Shown here one piece after another: positions 18,780 to 28,813 of a stretch of 64,000 bases of DNA. The translations under genes and the position numbers were made by a program. The stretch's first letter is position 1. Each line of letters opens with the position of its first letter. Origin of the DNA: an uncultured Alphaproteobacteria bacterium. Lineage in GTDB: Bacteria > Pseudomonadota > Alphaproteobacteria > Rhodobacterales > Rhodobacteraceae. Where the stretch lies: NCBI GenBank assembly GCA_963709765.1, contig CAVPXL010000001.1:33558-97557 (forward strand), read 5' to 3'. The notes beneath the pieces were generated by a model. That model did not search any database. It saw nothing but the letters and a program-made list of their open reading frames with translations, and had not been told where the DNA came from.

Positions 18780-21051
18780 TGAGCATCCGCCACATCCGGT
18801 GTGGCGTGAACGGCATGTCGACCCGGCGCAGGCCCGTCTCCCACACCGCATCGAGCACCGCGTTGGACACCGCCGCCAGCGCCCCGACGGTGCCGGCCTC
18901 GCCGCAGCCCTTCATGCCCATCGCGTTCGCGGTGGAGGGCACCGGCTCGGTGGTGAAGGTGACGAAGGGCACGTCCTCGGCACGCGGCATCGCGTAATCC
19001 ATGAAGGTCGCGGTCAGAAGCTGCCCGTCCTCGTCATAGGCCACGAATTCGCTCACTGCCTGCCCGATCCCCTGCGCCACGCCCCCGTGTACCTGACCTT
19101 CGGCTAACATCGGGTTGATGAGGTTCCCGAAATCGTCGGTCACCCGGTAATCCTCGACGGTGACGCGCCCGGTCTCCGGGTCGATCTCGACCTCGGCCAC
19201 ATGGGCGCCGTTGGGGAACGAGCGGCCCGGCAGCTTGGTCTTCTCGTGCACCCTCAGCAGATCGGAGCGCCCCGCCTTGCGCGCCATCTCGGCGGCTTCC
19301 AGCATCGTGGGGGAGACGTTCGACCCCTCGATCCGGAACCGCTCGTCGTCAAAGCGCACCGCATCCGGGTCGGTCCCGTTCTCTTCGGCCAGGAAGGCCG
19401 AGAACCCCGACACGATCGTGTCGACCGCCGCCAGCGTCGCGGTGTTCTGCACCGTGACCGAGCGCGATCCGCCGGTGCCGCCGCCCGTCGCGATCAGGTC
19501 GCTGTCGCCCTGGATCACTTCGATCCGCTCGGGCGGGATGCCGGTCTGGTCGGAGAGGAACTGGCGAAAGACGGTCTCGTGCCCCTGCCCGTTCGACTGG
19601 GTGCCCACGTAGATCGCGGCGCTGCCGTCGTCGCGGAACTCGACGGTGGCGTCCTCCTCCTGACTGCCGAGGATCGCCTCGATATAGTAGCACAGGCCCT
19701 GCCCGCGCAGACGCCCCTTCGCGCGGCTCGCCTCGCGCCGCGCGGCAAAGCCCGCCTTGTCGGCGACCTTGGCCACCCGGTCGAGCAGGCGCGCGAACTC
19801 GCCCACGTCATAGGTCTCGCCGACGATCGTGGTGTAGGGCATCTGGTCGGGCCGGATGAAGTTGATCCGCCGCAGCTCCCACGGATCCACGCCCAGCACC
19901 CGCGCGGCGTTGTCCATGGACCGTTCCAGCGCATAGATCGCCTCGGGCCGCCCGGCGCCGCGATAGGCGTCCACCTGCACGGTGTTGGTGTAGATCCCCT
20001 GGCAGCTCATGAACGCGGTTTGGATGTCGTAGACCCCCGTCAGCACCTTGGCGAAGAGGTCGGTCTGGATCAGCTGCCCGAACTGGCTGTTGTAGGCGCC
20101 CATGTTCGACACGCTGTCGATCCGGTAGGCCAGGATCCGGTTGTTCTCGTCGAAGGCGAGCCTGGTGACGTTGACGAGGTCGCGGCAGCCATTGTCGCTC
20201 AGCATCGCCTCGGTGCGCTCGGACATCCAGCGCACCGGCCGGTTCAGCGCCCGCGCCGCGGCGGCCACGGCCATGTATTCGGGATAGGTCATCGACTTCA
20301 TGCCGAATCCGCCGCCCACATCGGGGTTGGTGACCCGCACGGCATCCGCCTCCAGGCCCAGATGCCGCGCCAGATCGTCCTTGGCGCCCCAGACCCCCTG
20401 CCCGCCGAAGCACAGATGCAGCCGGGCCCCGTCCCATTCGGCGAAACAGCCGCGCGGCTCCATGGAATTGGCGATCACGCGGTTGTCTTCCAGCGTCAGC
20501 TCGACGATTCGCGTCGCCTTGGCGAACGCCGCCTCGACGGCGTCCTCGTCGCCCATGCCGTACTCGAAGGCGACATTGTCGGGCGCCTCGTCGTGCACCG
20601 CCGGTCCGCCCGGCTCGGGGACCACGTGGGGCGCGCGGTCCTCGGTGTCGAGCATGACGAGCTCGGCCGCGTCGCGCGCCTGCTCCGGCGTCTCGGCCAC
20701 GATCAGCGCCACCGGCTCGCCGACGAAGCGGATGCGGTCCTTCGCCAGGATCGGCCGCGTCGGCGCCGCGCCCCTGCCACCATCGCGCGTGCCGACCCGC
20801 ATTCCCTTGACGCCAAGGCGCACCCCTGCCGCCTCGAGGTCCGCCGCGGTGAGCACGGCATGGATTCCGGGCGCCGCGCGGGCCTCCTCGACGTCGAGGC
20901 CGGTGATGTCGGCATGCGCCACCGTCGAGCGCAGGAAGAAGCCGAAAAGCGCGTCCTCGGGCGCGATGTCATCCACATAGCGGCCGTGCCCGGTCAGCAG
21001 ACGAACGTCCTCGACCCGCTTGACCGGCTGCGACTTGCCGAACTTCTGCAT
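18754..21051 (-). CDS. Xanthine-dehydrogenase-family molybdopterin-binding large subunit, form-II CoxL-like
   Basis: Same frame as ORF 18754..21330, with ATG 21051 (MQKFGKSQPVKRVEDVRLLTGHGRYVDD...). It contains the AYRGAGR motif (VDAYRGAGRPEA). Its 3' end overlaps the DUF2235 start by 26 nt. No small (2Fe-2S) or medium (FAD) subunit gene is adjacent. Confidence 0.85.
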   Translation of the reverse strand: MQKFGKSQPVKRVEDVRLLTGHGRYVDDIAPEDALFGFFLRSTVAHADITGLDVEEARAAPGIHAVLTAADLEAAGVRLGVKGMRVGTRDGGRGAAPTRPILAKDRIRFVGEPVALIVAETPEQARDAAELVMLDTEDRAPHVVPEPGGPAVHDEAPDNVAFEYGMGDEDAVEAAFAKATRIVELTLEDNRVIANSMEPRGCFAEWDGARLHLCFGGQGVWGAKDDLARHLGLEADAVRVTNPDVGGGFGMKSMTYPEYMAVAAAARALNRPVRWMSERTEAMLSDNGCRDLVNVTRLAFDENNRILAYRIDSVSNMGAYNSQFGQLIQTDLFAKVLTGVYDIQTAFMSCQGIYTNTVQVDAYRGAGRPEAIYALERSMDNAARVLGVDPWELRRINFIRPDQMPYTTIVGETYDVGEFARLLDRVAKVADKAGFAARREASRAKGRLRGQGLCYYIEAILGSQEEDATVEFRDDGSAAIYVGTQSNGQGHETVFRQFLSDQTGIPPERIEVIQGDSDLIATGGGTGGSRSVTVQNTATLAAVDTIVSGFSAFLAEENGTDPDAVRFDDERFRIEGSNVSPTMLEAAEMARKAGRSDLLRVHEKTKLPGRSFPNGAHVAEVEIDPETGRVTVEDYRVTDDFGNLINPMLAEGQVHGGVAQGIGQAVSEFVAYDEDGQLLTATFMDYAMPRAEDVPFVTFTTEPVPSTANAMGMKGCGEAGTVGALAAVSNAVLDAVWETGLRRVDMPFTPHRMWRMLNEGRIAAE

Positions 21052-21340
21052 CCCGATGGTCCTTTCCCTTCGCCTCGCGAGGCGCACCCTAGCCACGACG
21101 CGCGAGGTGTCCAGAGCGCGCGGCCGCCCGGCCGCCGCGAGGACCGCAAGGGGAGGCGCCGGACAGGGGGCATCGAGCCCCCCGCCCGGCGCGTGCGCGC
21201 CCGGGGCGCACACACCGGACCCACCCGGCGCACCCGCCCGCGAACGGCCCGGGCCATGAATCGCGCTGTCCGCCAAGATCCCGGACCGCAATCGGACACG
21301 GTCCCCGGCCACCGGGCGGCGCGGCGCCATGCCGCGCGCG

Positions 21341-21369
21341 GACGGCCGGGGTTCGATGCCCCGGCCGTC
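21341..21369 (-). terminator. Strong GC hairpin downstream of the decarboxylase gene (no U-tract)
   Basis: GACGGCCGGGG-ttcgatg-CCCCGGCCGTC forms a perfect 11-bp stem 29 nt after the stop at 21398. Confidence 0.35.
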
Positions 21370-21397
21370 CGCCTCCCCGTCAGGGCGCGCGCCGCAT

Positions 21398-22540
21398 TCA
21401 GCCTTGCGGGGCCATCACCGTGACCATCCGCATGACGCCGAACCCGTTGAACCGCGTGACCGTCGCCGTCGAATAGGCCCCCATGCCGTGGAACAGCACC
21501 GTGTCGCCCTCGACGATGTCGGCGGGCAGCGCTACCAGACCCGGCAGCCGGTCCACGCTGTCGCAGGTCGGGCCGAAGACGATCCGTCCGGCCTGCGCCC
21601 CGCGCCGCGTGCGCCCGTCCGGCCCGCGCACCTCGATCCGGTCGATCATCCCGATCAGCGGCAGCTCCGCCAGCCCGCCATAGATCCCGTCGTTGAGAAA
21701 GACGTGCTCGCCGCCGCGCACCGCGCGCACCTGGGTGGCGAGGCTCATCGACTCGGCCACCATCGCCCGCCCCGGCTCGCAGACGAGCCGCGGCCGATCG
21801 GCCCCGAATGCCTCGCCCGTCACCCGGTCGATCAGCGCGAAGATCGCCTCGAGCACAGGCGCCGACGCTCCGGTGCGGTGCGACGGAAACCCGCCGCCCA
21901 CGTTGAGCCGCGCCACCCGCACGCCCGCCGCCGCCGCGATCCCGGCCGCGGCGCGGATATAGGCGTCCCACGCCTGCGGATCGGCGCATTGCGTGCCCGG
22001 ATGGAACGTCAGCGACGCCCGGAACCCCTGCGCCGCCGCCGCCCGCAGAAGCTGCGCCGCGACCTCGGTCGTCGCCCCGAACTTCGCGCCGAAATCATAG
22101 GCCGCCCCGGCCACCGGCAGCTTGAAGCGCACCGAGATCTCGGCCCCCGCCGGCACCAGCTCCGCCAGCTTGGCCAGCTCGCTCTCGCTGTCGACGCTGA
22201 ACGAGCGCACGCCGAGCGCGACCGCCCGCGCGATCTCGGCGCGGCTGCGCACCGGGTTGTTGTAATGCATCGCCGAGCCCGGCGCGATCCGGCGGATCAG
22301 CTCGATCTCCCAGATCGAGGCCACGTCCCAGCCGGCAATCCCCGCCGCCGCCAGGTTCGAGATCACCACCTCGTCGGGATTCGCCTTGACCGCATAGGTC
22401 ACCAGACCCGGAAACCCGGCCAGGAACCGATGCGCCGTCGCCTGCAGGATCGCGGGCGAAAAGAACATCACCGGCTCGTCGGCCGCCTCGTGCGCCAGAT
22501 ACTCGCCCGGCGTCGTCCAGATCGTGTTGCTAAGTCCCAT
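21398..22540 (-). CDS. Type III (alanine-racemase-fold) PLP-dependent decarboxylase, ornithine/lysine decarboxylase-like
   Basis: Based on ORF 21398..22558. ATG 22540 is preferred because GGGAG lies about 12 nt upstream. The product reads YAVKANPDEVV...FHPGTQC...CEPGRAMVAE.... Confidence 0.8.
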   Translation of the reverse strand: MGLSNTIWTTPGEYLAHEAADEPVMFFSPAILQATAHRFLAGFPGLVTYAVKANPDEVVISNLAAAGIAGWDVASIWEIELIRRIAPGSAMHYNNPVRSRAEIARAVALGVRSFSVDSESELAKLAELVPAGAEISVRFKLPVAGAAYDFGAKFGATTEVAAQLLRAAAAQGFRASLTFHPGTQCADPQAWDAYIRAAAGIAAAAGVRVARLNVGGGFPSHRTGASAPVLEAIFALIDRVTGEAFGADRPRLVCEPGRAMVAESMSLATQVRAVRGGEHVFLNDGIYGGLAELPLIGMIDRIEVRGPDGRTRRGAQAGRIVFGPTCDSVDRLPGLVALPADIVEGDTVLFHGMGAYSTATVTRFNGFGVMRMVTVMAPQG

Positions 22541-22741
22541 CGGCCTGCTGCTCCCCATGATTCAAGGCAGTAGGCGACCTCTCCGTCCCGGCTGTCCGGC
22601 AGAAGAGACGCCAAGAATTGCGTCACCTCGCCGTCTGGGGAGCGTCGCCGCCCTTGCCCGGATCGAGTTTCGCGCATTTACGGCGCGATCCCACCGACGG
22701 AAAGGTTTGATTTGCAGCGAAACGTCGTCACAATGACGAAA

Positions 22742-22760
22742 CGGTCGATCAAATCGACCG
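22742..22760. promoter_or_regulatory. Perfect 8-bp inverted repeat in the decarboxylase/lrp divergent intergenic region
   Basis: The repeat is CGGTCGAT-caa-ATCGACCG. It is a candidate Lrp/AsnC operator by position only. Confidence 0.3.
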
Positions 22761-22782
22761 ATCGCTGCCGATGAGGCCCCCG

Positions 22783-23214
22783 ATGGACGATCTCGACCGC
22801 GCGCTCCTCGCGCAACTGGCCTCCAACGCCCGGATGCCGCTGGCCAATCTCGCCCGTCGCCTGCGCGTCGCGCGCTCGACCGTGCAGGCCCGGCTCGACC
22901 GGCTGGAGACCTCCGGCGCCATCGCGGGCTATACCGTCAAGCTCGGCGAGGAAGCCCGCGCCGGCCGCATCCGCGCCACCGTCCTCGTGACGATCGAACC
23001 GCGCGCCCAGGCCGGACTCGTCTCCCGCCTCAAGGCCGTCCCCGAGATCGAACGCATCAGCACCACCTCGGGCCGCTTCGACCTGCTCCTCGAACTGGCC
23101 GCCCCCTCGCCCGCGCAACTCGACGCCGTGCTCGACACGATCGGCGAGACCACGGGCGTGCGCGGCTCCGAGAGCCTGATCCACCTGTCGACCAAGTTCG
23201 ACCGCGCCGTCTGA
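22783..23214 (+). CDS. Lrp/AsnC-family transcriptional regulator
   Basis: Based on ORF 22771..23214, with ATG 22783 preferred. The product reads MDDLDRALLAQLASNARMPLANLARRLRVARSTVQARLDRLETSGAIAGYT.... Confidence 0.85.
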   Translation: MDDLDRALLAQLASNARMPLANLARRLRVARSTVQARLDRLETSGAIAGYTVKLGEEARAGRIRATVLVTIEPRAQAGLVSRLKAVPEIERISTTSGRFDLLLELAAPSPAQLDAVLDTIGETTGVRGSESLIHLSTKFDRAV

Positions 23215-23425
23215 CCCCGGTTCGCCGCGGCCCGCGCGGCGCTCGATGCGCACGCCAGGGATGCGGGTTTCGTCGTCGGCAGTCAGGCGATCGCGATCGC
23301 GGCAAACCCGAATCGGTGATCCGACCGATTGCCGCCGGGCGCGATCTGATCAATGCTTCCCGGCGCTGAGCGCAGCGGCAACCGGAACCGTCACGTCCGA
23401 TCCGCTGTTCGCCTAGTGTTGGCAC

Positions 23426-25276
23426 ATGACGGAGGGATCGGGGATGGCCGAGAAGACGACGGGAACGAAGTCGAGCAGCATGCTCTATATCGTGGCGGCG
23501 ATTGCCGCCGTGGGCTGGATCCTGGCCATATATGGCTGGACATCGGCGTCACAGGAACGCAACGAGCTGACCGCGGAGATCGACCGCGTGGGCGCCGAAC
23601 TGGTGAGCCGCGACGCCGAGATCGCCACCCGCGACGAGCAGATCGCGGCGCGCGAGGCCCAGCGCGGCACCATCGAGGAGCTCGGCGCCGACGTCAGCGA
23701 ACTCCAAGCCGAGATCCAGCGTCTCGGCGCCGAGCGCGACTCGGTCACTGCCGAGATCGAACCGGCCGCCGCCCGCGTCACCGAATTGCAGGGACAGGCC
23801 GACGAGCTCAACCAGCAATACGAGACCCGCTCGCAGGAATTGTCGGACATGGAGACCCAGCTCGCGCCCATGCGCGAGGAGCTCGCCACCTTCCAGGACC
23901 GCCTGAACGAAACCGAAGCCGCCGTCGCCGACCGCTCTCAGGAACTGGCCGACGTCGGTCAGCGCCTCGAGGACGCCCGCGCCCAGGAGGCGGAACTGCA
24001 GCAGGGGCTGGCCGACCTCACCGAGGAATCCGCCCGCCTGTCGTCCGAGGCCGCCGAAGCCGAGAGCCGGGTTCAGGCCGCGCGCGAAGCCGAGGCGTCG
24101 CTGGGCGAACGCATGACCACCGCCCGCGACGAGATCGCCCAGCTCGACGAGCGCAGCGCCACGCTCACGAGCGCGGTGAACGACCTGACCCAGCGCCGCG
24201 ACGAGCTGCGCGAGGACGTCGCCGCCGCCCGGATGCAGCGCGACGAGCTGCAGGGTTTCGTGACCGCTCTCTCGCAGGATCTCGCCGGCCGCGCCGACGA
24301 GCTCGCCAGCATCGAACAGCGCATCGAGCGTCTGCAATCCACCGAGCCCGAGGCCGCGCGGGCCGGCGACGAGCCGTCCGGCAGCACGCGACCCGAAGCC
24401 GGGCAGGACCAGTCAGCGGACGGTCAGGCGCAGGCCGACCAGCCCACGGCCGCGGCCTCCGCGCCCTCGGATTCCGAGCAGGATTCCGCCACCCCACCCG
24501 TCTCCGGACAGGCGGACGAGACCGGATCCGAGCCGCCGGCAGAGGATCAGCCCGACGCGGCCGCCTCTTCCGGGCAGGCCGTCGAACCCACCTCCGAACC
24601 CACCGCCGCCGAAGGCGGGACGGCACAACCGGCCACCGAACCCACAGCCCCCTCCGGGCAGGCCGCCGACCCCGCCTCCGAACCCACAGCCGTCGAAGGC
24701 GAGACGGCACAACCGGCGACTGAACCCACCGCCCCTTCCGGGCAGGCCGCCGACCCCACCTCCGAACCCACAGCCGCCGAAGGCGAGACGGCGCAACCGG
24801 CGACCGAGGCCACCGGCGCGCCGGATCCGCAACAGCCCGAGGCGCAGCCCGCGCAGGAGCCCGCCGCCGACGCCGAGGGCGCGGACGAGGCCCCGGCCGA
24901 TCAATCCGGCGTTGCCCCCGCCCAGTCCGGCTCGGACGGCATGGGCACGTCCGCGACCCCCTCGTCCGGCAGCGAGGCCACCGACGTCGCAGAGGGCGAC
25001 ATGCTCGAGCCCGGCCAGTACAGAGTCGGCCCGATCACGGCGACCTTCGCCGACGACGGCACGTTCACGATGTCCGGCAGCCGCCTGCGCAATGTGGACG
25101 GGACCTACGCGGTGGTCGACGACGTGCTGATCCTGCGCGACGCCGAGGGCGACACCGGCCGCACGCAATTCCCCATGCGCTGCTCGATCTCCAGGGGTGA
25201 CAGCGGCGTCGAGGTCGCGGACAGCGACGGCTCCTGCGGCCTCTTCGCGGGCCTCACCCTCGCCCCTGCCAACTGA
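23426..25276 (+). CDS. Membrane-anchored coiled-coil protein with an acidic Pro/Thr/Glu-rich repeat region and a small C-terminal domain (hypothetical)
   Basis: ORF track; an alternative ATG at 23444 is preceded by GGAGGG. It has one TM helix (MLYIVAAIAAVGWILAIYGW), then about 290 aa of heptad-like E/R/A/L-rich sequence, and then a low-complexity acidic segment that includes 3 x 28-aa repeats. The last roughly 90 aa look globular and contain two Cys. Confidence 0.7.
   Translation: MTEGSGMAEKTTGTKSSSMLYIVAAIAAVGWILAIYGWTSASQERNELTAEIDRVGAELVSRDAEIATRDEQIAAREAQRGTIEELGADVSELQAEIQRLGAERDSVTAEIEPAAARVTELQGQADELNQQYETRSQELSDMETQLAPMREELATFQDRLNETEAAVADRSQELADVGQRLEDARAQEAELQQGLADLTEESARLSSEAAEAESRVQAAREAEASLGERMTTARDEIAQLDERSATLTSAVNDLTQRRDELREDVAAARMQRDELQGFVTALSQDLAGRADELASIEQRIERLQSTEPEAARAGDEPSGSTRPEAGQDQSADGQAQADQPTAAASAPSDSEQDSATPPVSGQADETGSEPPAEDQPDAAASSGQAVEPTSEPTAAEGGTAQPATEPTAPSGQAADPASEPTAVEGETAQPATEPTAPSGQAADPTSEPTAAEGETAQPATEATGAPDPQQPEAQPAQEPAADAEGADEAPADQSGVAPAQSGSDGMGTSATPSSGSEATDVAEGDMLEPGQYRVGPITATFADDGTFTMSGSRLRNVDGTYAVVDDVLILRDAEGDTGRTQFPMRCSISRGDSGVEVADSDGSCGLFAGLTLAPAN
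24569..24820 (+). repeat. Tandem repeat, 3 x 84 bp (28-aa units), inside the coiled-coil protein gene
   Basis: Units start at 24569, 24653 and 24737, each beginning TCCGGGCAGGCC. They encode SGQA(V/A)(E/D)P(T/A)SEPTA(A/V)EG(G/E)TAQPATEPTAP. By eye the units are roughly nine-tenths identical. Confidence 0.85.
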
Positions 25277-25543
25277 CGCGGGCGCGCCCGCCGCGCGCTG
25301 ACCGATCCCCCGGGCGGCCGCCCCCCTCGGCCGCCCCACGCCGGGCCAGCCTTGCCGCGCAACGGCGCCCGGTCCCGGCACCAACCTGCCCATCCCCGAG
25401 CGGCGCCCTCCCGGGCGACAGCAGCCCCCGTCCGGCCGCATCTCCGCGAGCCGTCCCCACGTGCCGGCGCCGCGCCTCTCCTCCGGCCCTTCCCTCTCCC
25501 CTGCGGCTTCGCTAGACCCTCCGGCGACTGGAGGAGCCGCCCC

Positions 25544-28500
25544 ATGGACAAGACCTTCGACGCCAAATCGGCCGAACGCAGACTCTACGCCGCCTGGGAA
25601 GACGCGGGCGCCTTCCGCGCTGGCGCCGGCGCCCGCCCCGGCCCCGACGGCCAGCCGCCCGAGACCTTCTCGATCCTGATCCCGCCGCCCAACGTCACCG
25701 GCTCGCTCCACATGGGGCACGCCTTCAACAACACGCTGCAGGACATCCTCACCCGCTGGCACCGGATGCGCGGCCACGACACCCTCTGGCAGCCCGGCAC
25801 CGACCACGCCGGCATCGCCACCCAGATGGTCGTCGAGCGCGAGCTGGCGAAGGACGGCAAGCGGCGCACCGACATGACCCGCGAGGACTTCACCGCCCTC
25901 GTCTGGGACCAGAAGCGCAAGTCGCGCGGCAACATCATCGGCCAGCTCCAGCGCCTCGGCGCCTCCTGCGACTGGTCGCGCGAGGCCTTCACCATGTCCG
26001 GCGCCCCCGGCGCGCCCGAGGGCGAGGCGGGCAATTTCCACGACGCCGTCATCCGCGTCTTCGTCGACATGCACGAGAAGGGCCTGATCTACCGCGGCAA
26101 GCGCCTCGTGAACTGGGACCCGCACTTCGAGACCGCGATCTCCGATCTGGAGGTCGAGAACGTCGAGGTCGACGGCCACATGTGGCACTTCCGCTACCCG
26201 CTCGCCGGTGGCGAGACCTACACCTACACCGAGCGTGACGCGGACGGGAACGTGCTCTTCGAGGAGGAGCGCGACTGGATCTCCATCGCCACCACGCGGC
26301 CCGAGACCATGCTCGGCGACGGCGCCGTCGCGGTCCACCCCTCTGATGAACGTTACGCCGCAATCGTTGGGAAACTGTGCGAAATCCCCGTCGGACCCAA
26401 GGATCACCGCCGCCTGATCCCGATCATCACCGACGAATATCCCGACCCGGCCTTCGGCTCCGGCGCGGTCAAGATCACCGGCGCCCACGATTTCAACGAC
26501 TACGCCGTCGCCCGCCGCAACGACATCCCGCTCTACCGCCTGATGGACACGAAAGCCCACATGCGCGACGACGGCGCCCCCTATGCCGAGGCCGCTGCCA
26601 TCGCGCAGGCGGTCGCCCGCGGCGAACGCACCCTGACCGAGGCCGAGGCCGACGCGCTCAACCTCGTCCCCGGCGACCTGCGCGGCCTCGACCGCTTCGA
26701 GGCCCGCGCCCGTGTCATCGACCAGATCACGTCCGAGGGCCTCGCCGTCATGGTCCCCGAGACCGATCCGCGTTTGGGCCGCAAATCCGCCGCCTCCGCC
26801 CCGCCCAAGGGCGGCGCGCAGGACGGCATGCCCACCGACAGCTTCGAGGAAGGCGGCACCGCCCCCGAACTCGCCCTCGTTCCACTGGTTGAATCCAAGC
26901 CCATCGTCCAACCCATGGGCGACCGCTCCAAGGTCGTGATCGAGCCCATGCTCACCGACCAGTGGTTCGTCGACGCCGCCAGGATCGTCCAGCCCGCCAT
27001 CGACGCGGTGAAGGACGGCCGGACGCAGATCCTCCCCGAGAGCGACGCCAAGGTCTACTTCCACTGGCTCGACAACATCGAGCCCTGGTGCATCTCCCGC
27101 CAGCTCTGGTGGGGCCACCAGATCCCGGTGTGGTACGGGCCGCTACTCGAGTCCGATGACAATCCAATCACGTTCCGTGGGATGCGGCTGAAGGCAATTT
27201 GTGCGCTAGAAAACGACTTGGAGGAGGTTCTGCGCGCCCGATATGGGTCTGATGCAGAGTTCCTCTATCTCGATCCAGCCGATAATGCCGATAATGCCGA
27301 TCACGTCTTAGAGCGAGATGCGTTCGGGAACCCTATGTTCATCAAAGGACAGCCTATCCCGATCTGGCGCGACCCCGACGTCCTCGACACCTGGTTCTCC
27401 TCCGGCATCTGGCCGCTGGGCACACTCGGCTGGCCCGAGGACACCGACGCGCTGAAGCGCTACTTCCCCACCGACGTCCTCGTCACCGGCTTCGACATCC
27501 TCTTCTTCTGGGTCGCCCGGATGATGATGATGCAGCTTCAGGTCACCGGCGAGGTCCCCTTCCACACCGTCTACGTCCACGCCCTCGTCCGCGACGAGAA
27601 GGGCAAGAAGATGTCGAAGTCGCTCGGCAACGTCCTCGACCCGCTCGACCTGATCGACGAATACGGCGCCGACGCGGTGCGCTTCACGCTGGCCTCGATG
27701 GCCTCGATGGGCCGCGACCTGAAGCTCTCTCCCGACCGGATCGCGGGCTACCGCAACTTCACCACCAAGCTCTGGAACGCCCACCGTTTCGCCGAGATGA
27801 ACGAAGTGTTCGCGGCCCGCGCGGTGTCAAGAAACGGCCCCGAAACTGACAACAAGTTTAAAACGGGGGGGTCAAATCTTGCAGGAAGTTTAAAGACTCC
27901 GCCCGCCGCGACCGCGACCGCCAACCGCTGGATCATCGGCGAGACCGCCCGCGTGCGCGAAGAGGTCGACGCGGCCCTCGCCGCCTTCCGCTTCAACGAC
28001 GCCGCGGGCGCGCTCTATGCCTTCGTCTGGGGCCGGGTCTGCGACTGGTACGTCGAATTCTCCAAACCCCTCTTCGACGGCGAAAAAGCCGAGGAAACAC
28101 GGGCGGTTATGGCCTGGGTTCTGGATCAGTGCCTGGTCCTTCTGCACCCGATCATGCCCTACGTCACCGAAGAGCTCTGGGGCCTGTCGGGCCAGCGCGA
28201 CACCCGGCTGGTCCTGGCCGAATGGCCGACCTACGGCGCCGAACTCGTTGATGCGAAAGCGGAATCCGAAATGCGCTGGGTCATCTCGGTGATCGACGGC
28301 ATCAGGTCCGCCCGCGCCCAGATGCGGGTTCCCGCCGGCCTCAAGGTCCCGCTCATCGCCACCGAACTCGATGAAAACGCGCGCAAATCCTGGGCCGCCA
28401 ACGAGCCGCTGATCGCCAAACTCGCACGCCTCGCCGGCATGACCGAGGGCCCCGCGCCCAAAGGCTCGATCACCGTCGCCGTCGAGGGCGCGACCTTCGC

Positions 28501-28732
28501 CCTCCCGCTCGCCGACATCATCGACGTAGACGCCGAAAAAGCGAGGCTGGAAAAGGGTTTGTCCAGGATCGAGAAGGAGACCAGGGGCCTGCGCGGCCGT
28601 CTCTCCAACCCCAGGTTCATCGAAAGCGCGCCCGACGAAGTGGTCGAGGAAACCCGCGACCAGCTCGCCCAGAAGGACGAGGAATCCGCCCGTCTCGAAG
28701 CCGCCCTCGCGCAGTTGCGCGAACTGGCCTGA
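25544..28732 (+). CDS. valS: Valine--tRNA ligase
   Basis: Same frame as ORF 25352..28732. ATG 25544 is preferred, with GGAGGA upstream. Motifs seen: HIGH (SLHMGHAFN), [23 protein letters not shown] and KMSKSLGN, plus a C-terminal coiled coil. Confidence 0.95.
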   Translation: MDKTFDAKSAERRLYAAWEDAGAFRAGAGARPGPDGQPPETFSILIPPPNVTGSLHMGHAFNNTLQDILTRWHRMRGHDTLWQPGTDHAGIATQMVVERELAKDGKRRTDMTREDFTALVWDQKRKSRGNIIGQLQRLGASCDWSREAFTMSGAPGAPEGEAGNFHDAVIRVFVDMHEKGLIYRGKRLVNWDPHFETAISDLEVENVEVDGHMWHFRYPLAGGETYTYTERDADGNVLFEEERDWISIATTRPETMLGDGAVAVHPSDERYAAIVGKLCEIPVGPKDHRRLIPIITDEYPDPAFGSGAVKITGAHDFNDYAVARRNDIPLYRLMDTKAHMRDDGAPYAEAAAIAQAVARGERTLTEAEADALNLVPGDLRGLDRFEARARVIDQITSEGLAVMVPETDPRLGRKSAASAPPKGGAQDGMPTDSFEEGGTAPELALVPLVESKPIVQPMGDRSKVVIEPMLTDQWFVDAARIVQPAIDAVKDGRTQILPESDAKVYFHWLDNIEPWCISRQLWWGHQIPVWYGPLLESDDNPITFRGMRLKAICALENDLEEVLRARYGSDAEFLYLDPADNADNADHVLERDAFGNPMFIKGQPIPIWRDPDVLDTWFSSGIWPLGTLGWPEDTDALKRYFPTDVLVTGFDILFFWVARMMMMQLQVTGEVPFHTVYVHALVRDEKGKKMSKSLGNVLDPLDLIDEYGADAVRFTLASMASMGRDLKLSPDRIAGYRNFTTKLWNAHRFAEMNEVFAARAVSRNGPETDNKFKTGGSNLAGSLKTPPAATATANRWIIGETARVREEVDAALAAFRFNDAAGALYAFVWGRVCDWYVEFSKPLFDGEKAEETRAVMAWVLDQCLVLLHPIMPYVTEELWGLSGQRDTRLVLAEWPTYGAELVDAKAESEMRWVISVIDGIRSARAQMRVPAGLKVPLIATELDENARKSWAANEPLIAKLARLAGMTEGPAPKGSITVAVEGATFALPLADIIDVDAEKARLEKGLSRIEKETRGLRGRLSNPRFIESAPDEVVEETRDQLAQKDEESARLEAALAQLRELA

Positions 28733-28742
28733 CACCCTCGAA

Positions 28743-28771
28743 GGGCCGGCGCAACACCCGCGCGCCGGCCC
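28743..28771 (+). terminator. GC hairpin 10 nt after the valS stop (no U-tract)
   Basis: GGGCCGGCGC-aacacccgc-GCGCCGGCCC forms a 10-bp perfect stem. Confidence 0.35.
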
Positions 28772-28813
28772 GGCAAACATCTGTTCCAGCTTGATATCAT
28801 TGCGAGCCGACAC

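Noticed and set aside
24569-24820. The 84-bp tandem repeats read as a possible CRISPR-like or other non-coding array.
   Set aside because: The units are directly adjacent with no spacers. They are in frame within a long ORF and encode a repeated 28-aa peptide.
27125-27365. An intein or mobile-element insertion in valS.
   Set aside because: The segment is only about 77 codons. It lacks intein splice-junction motifs (Cys/Ser ... His-Asn-Cys/Ser/Thr) and endonuclease motifs. It also lies at a position where ValRS proteins normally have a variable linker.
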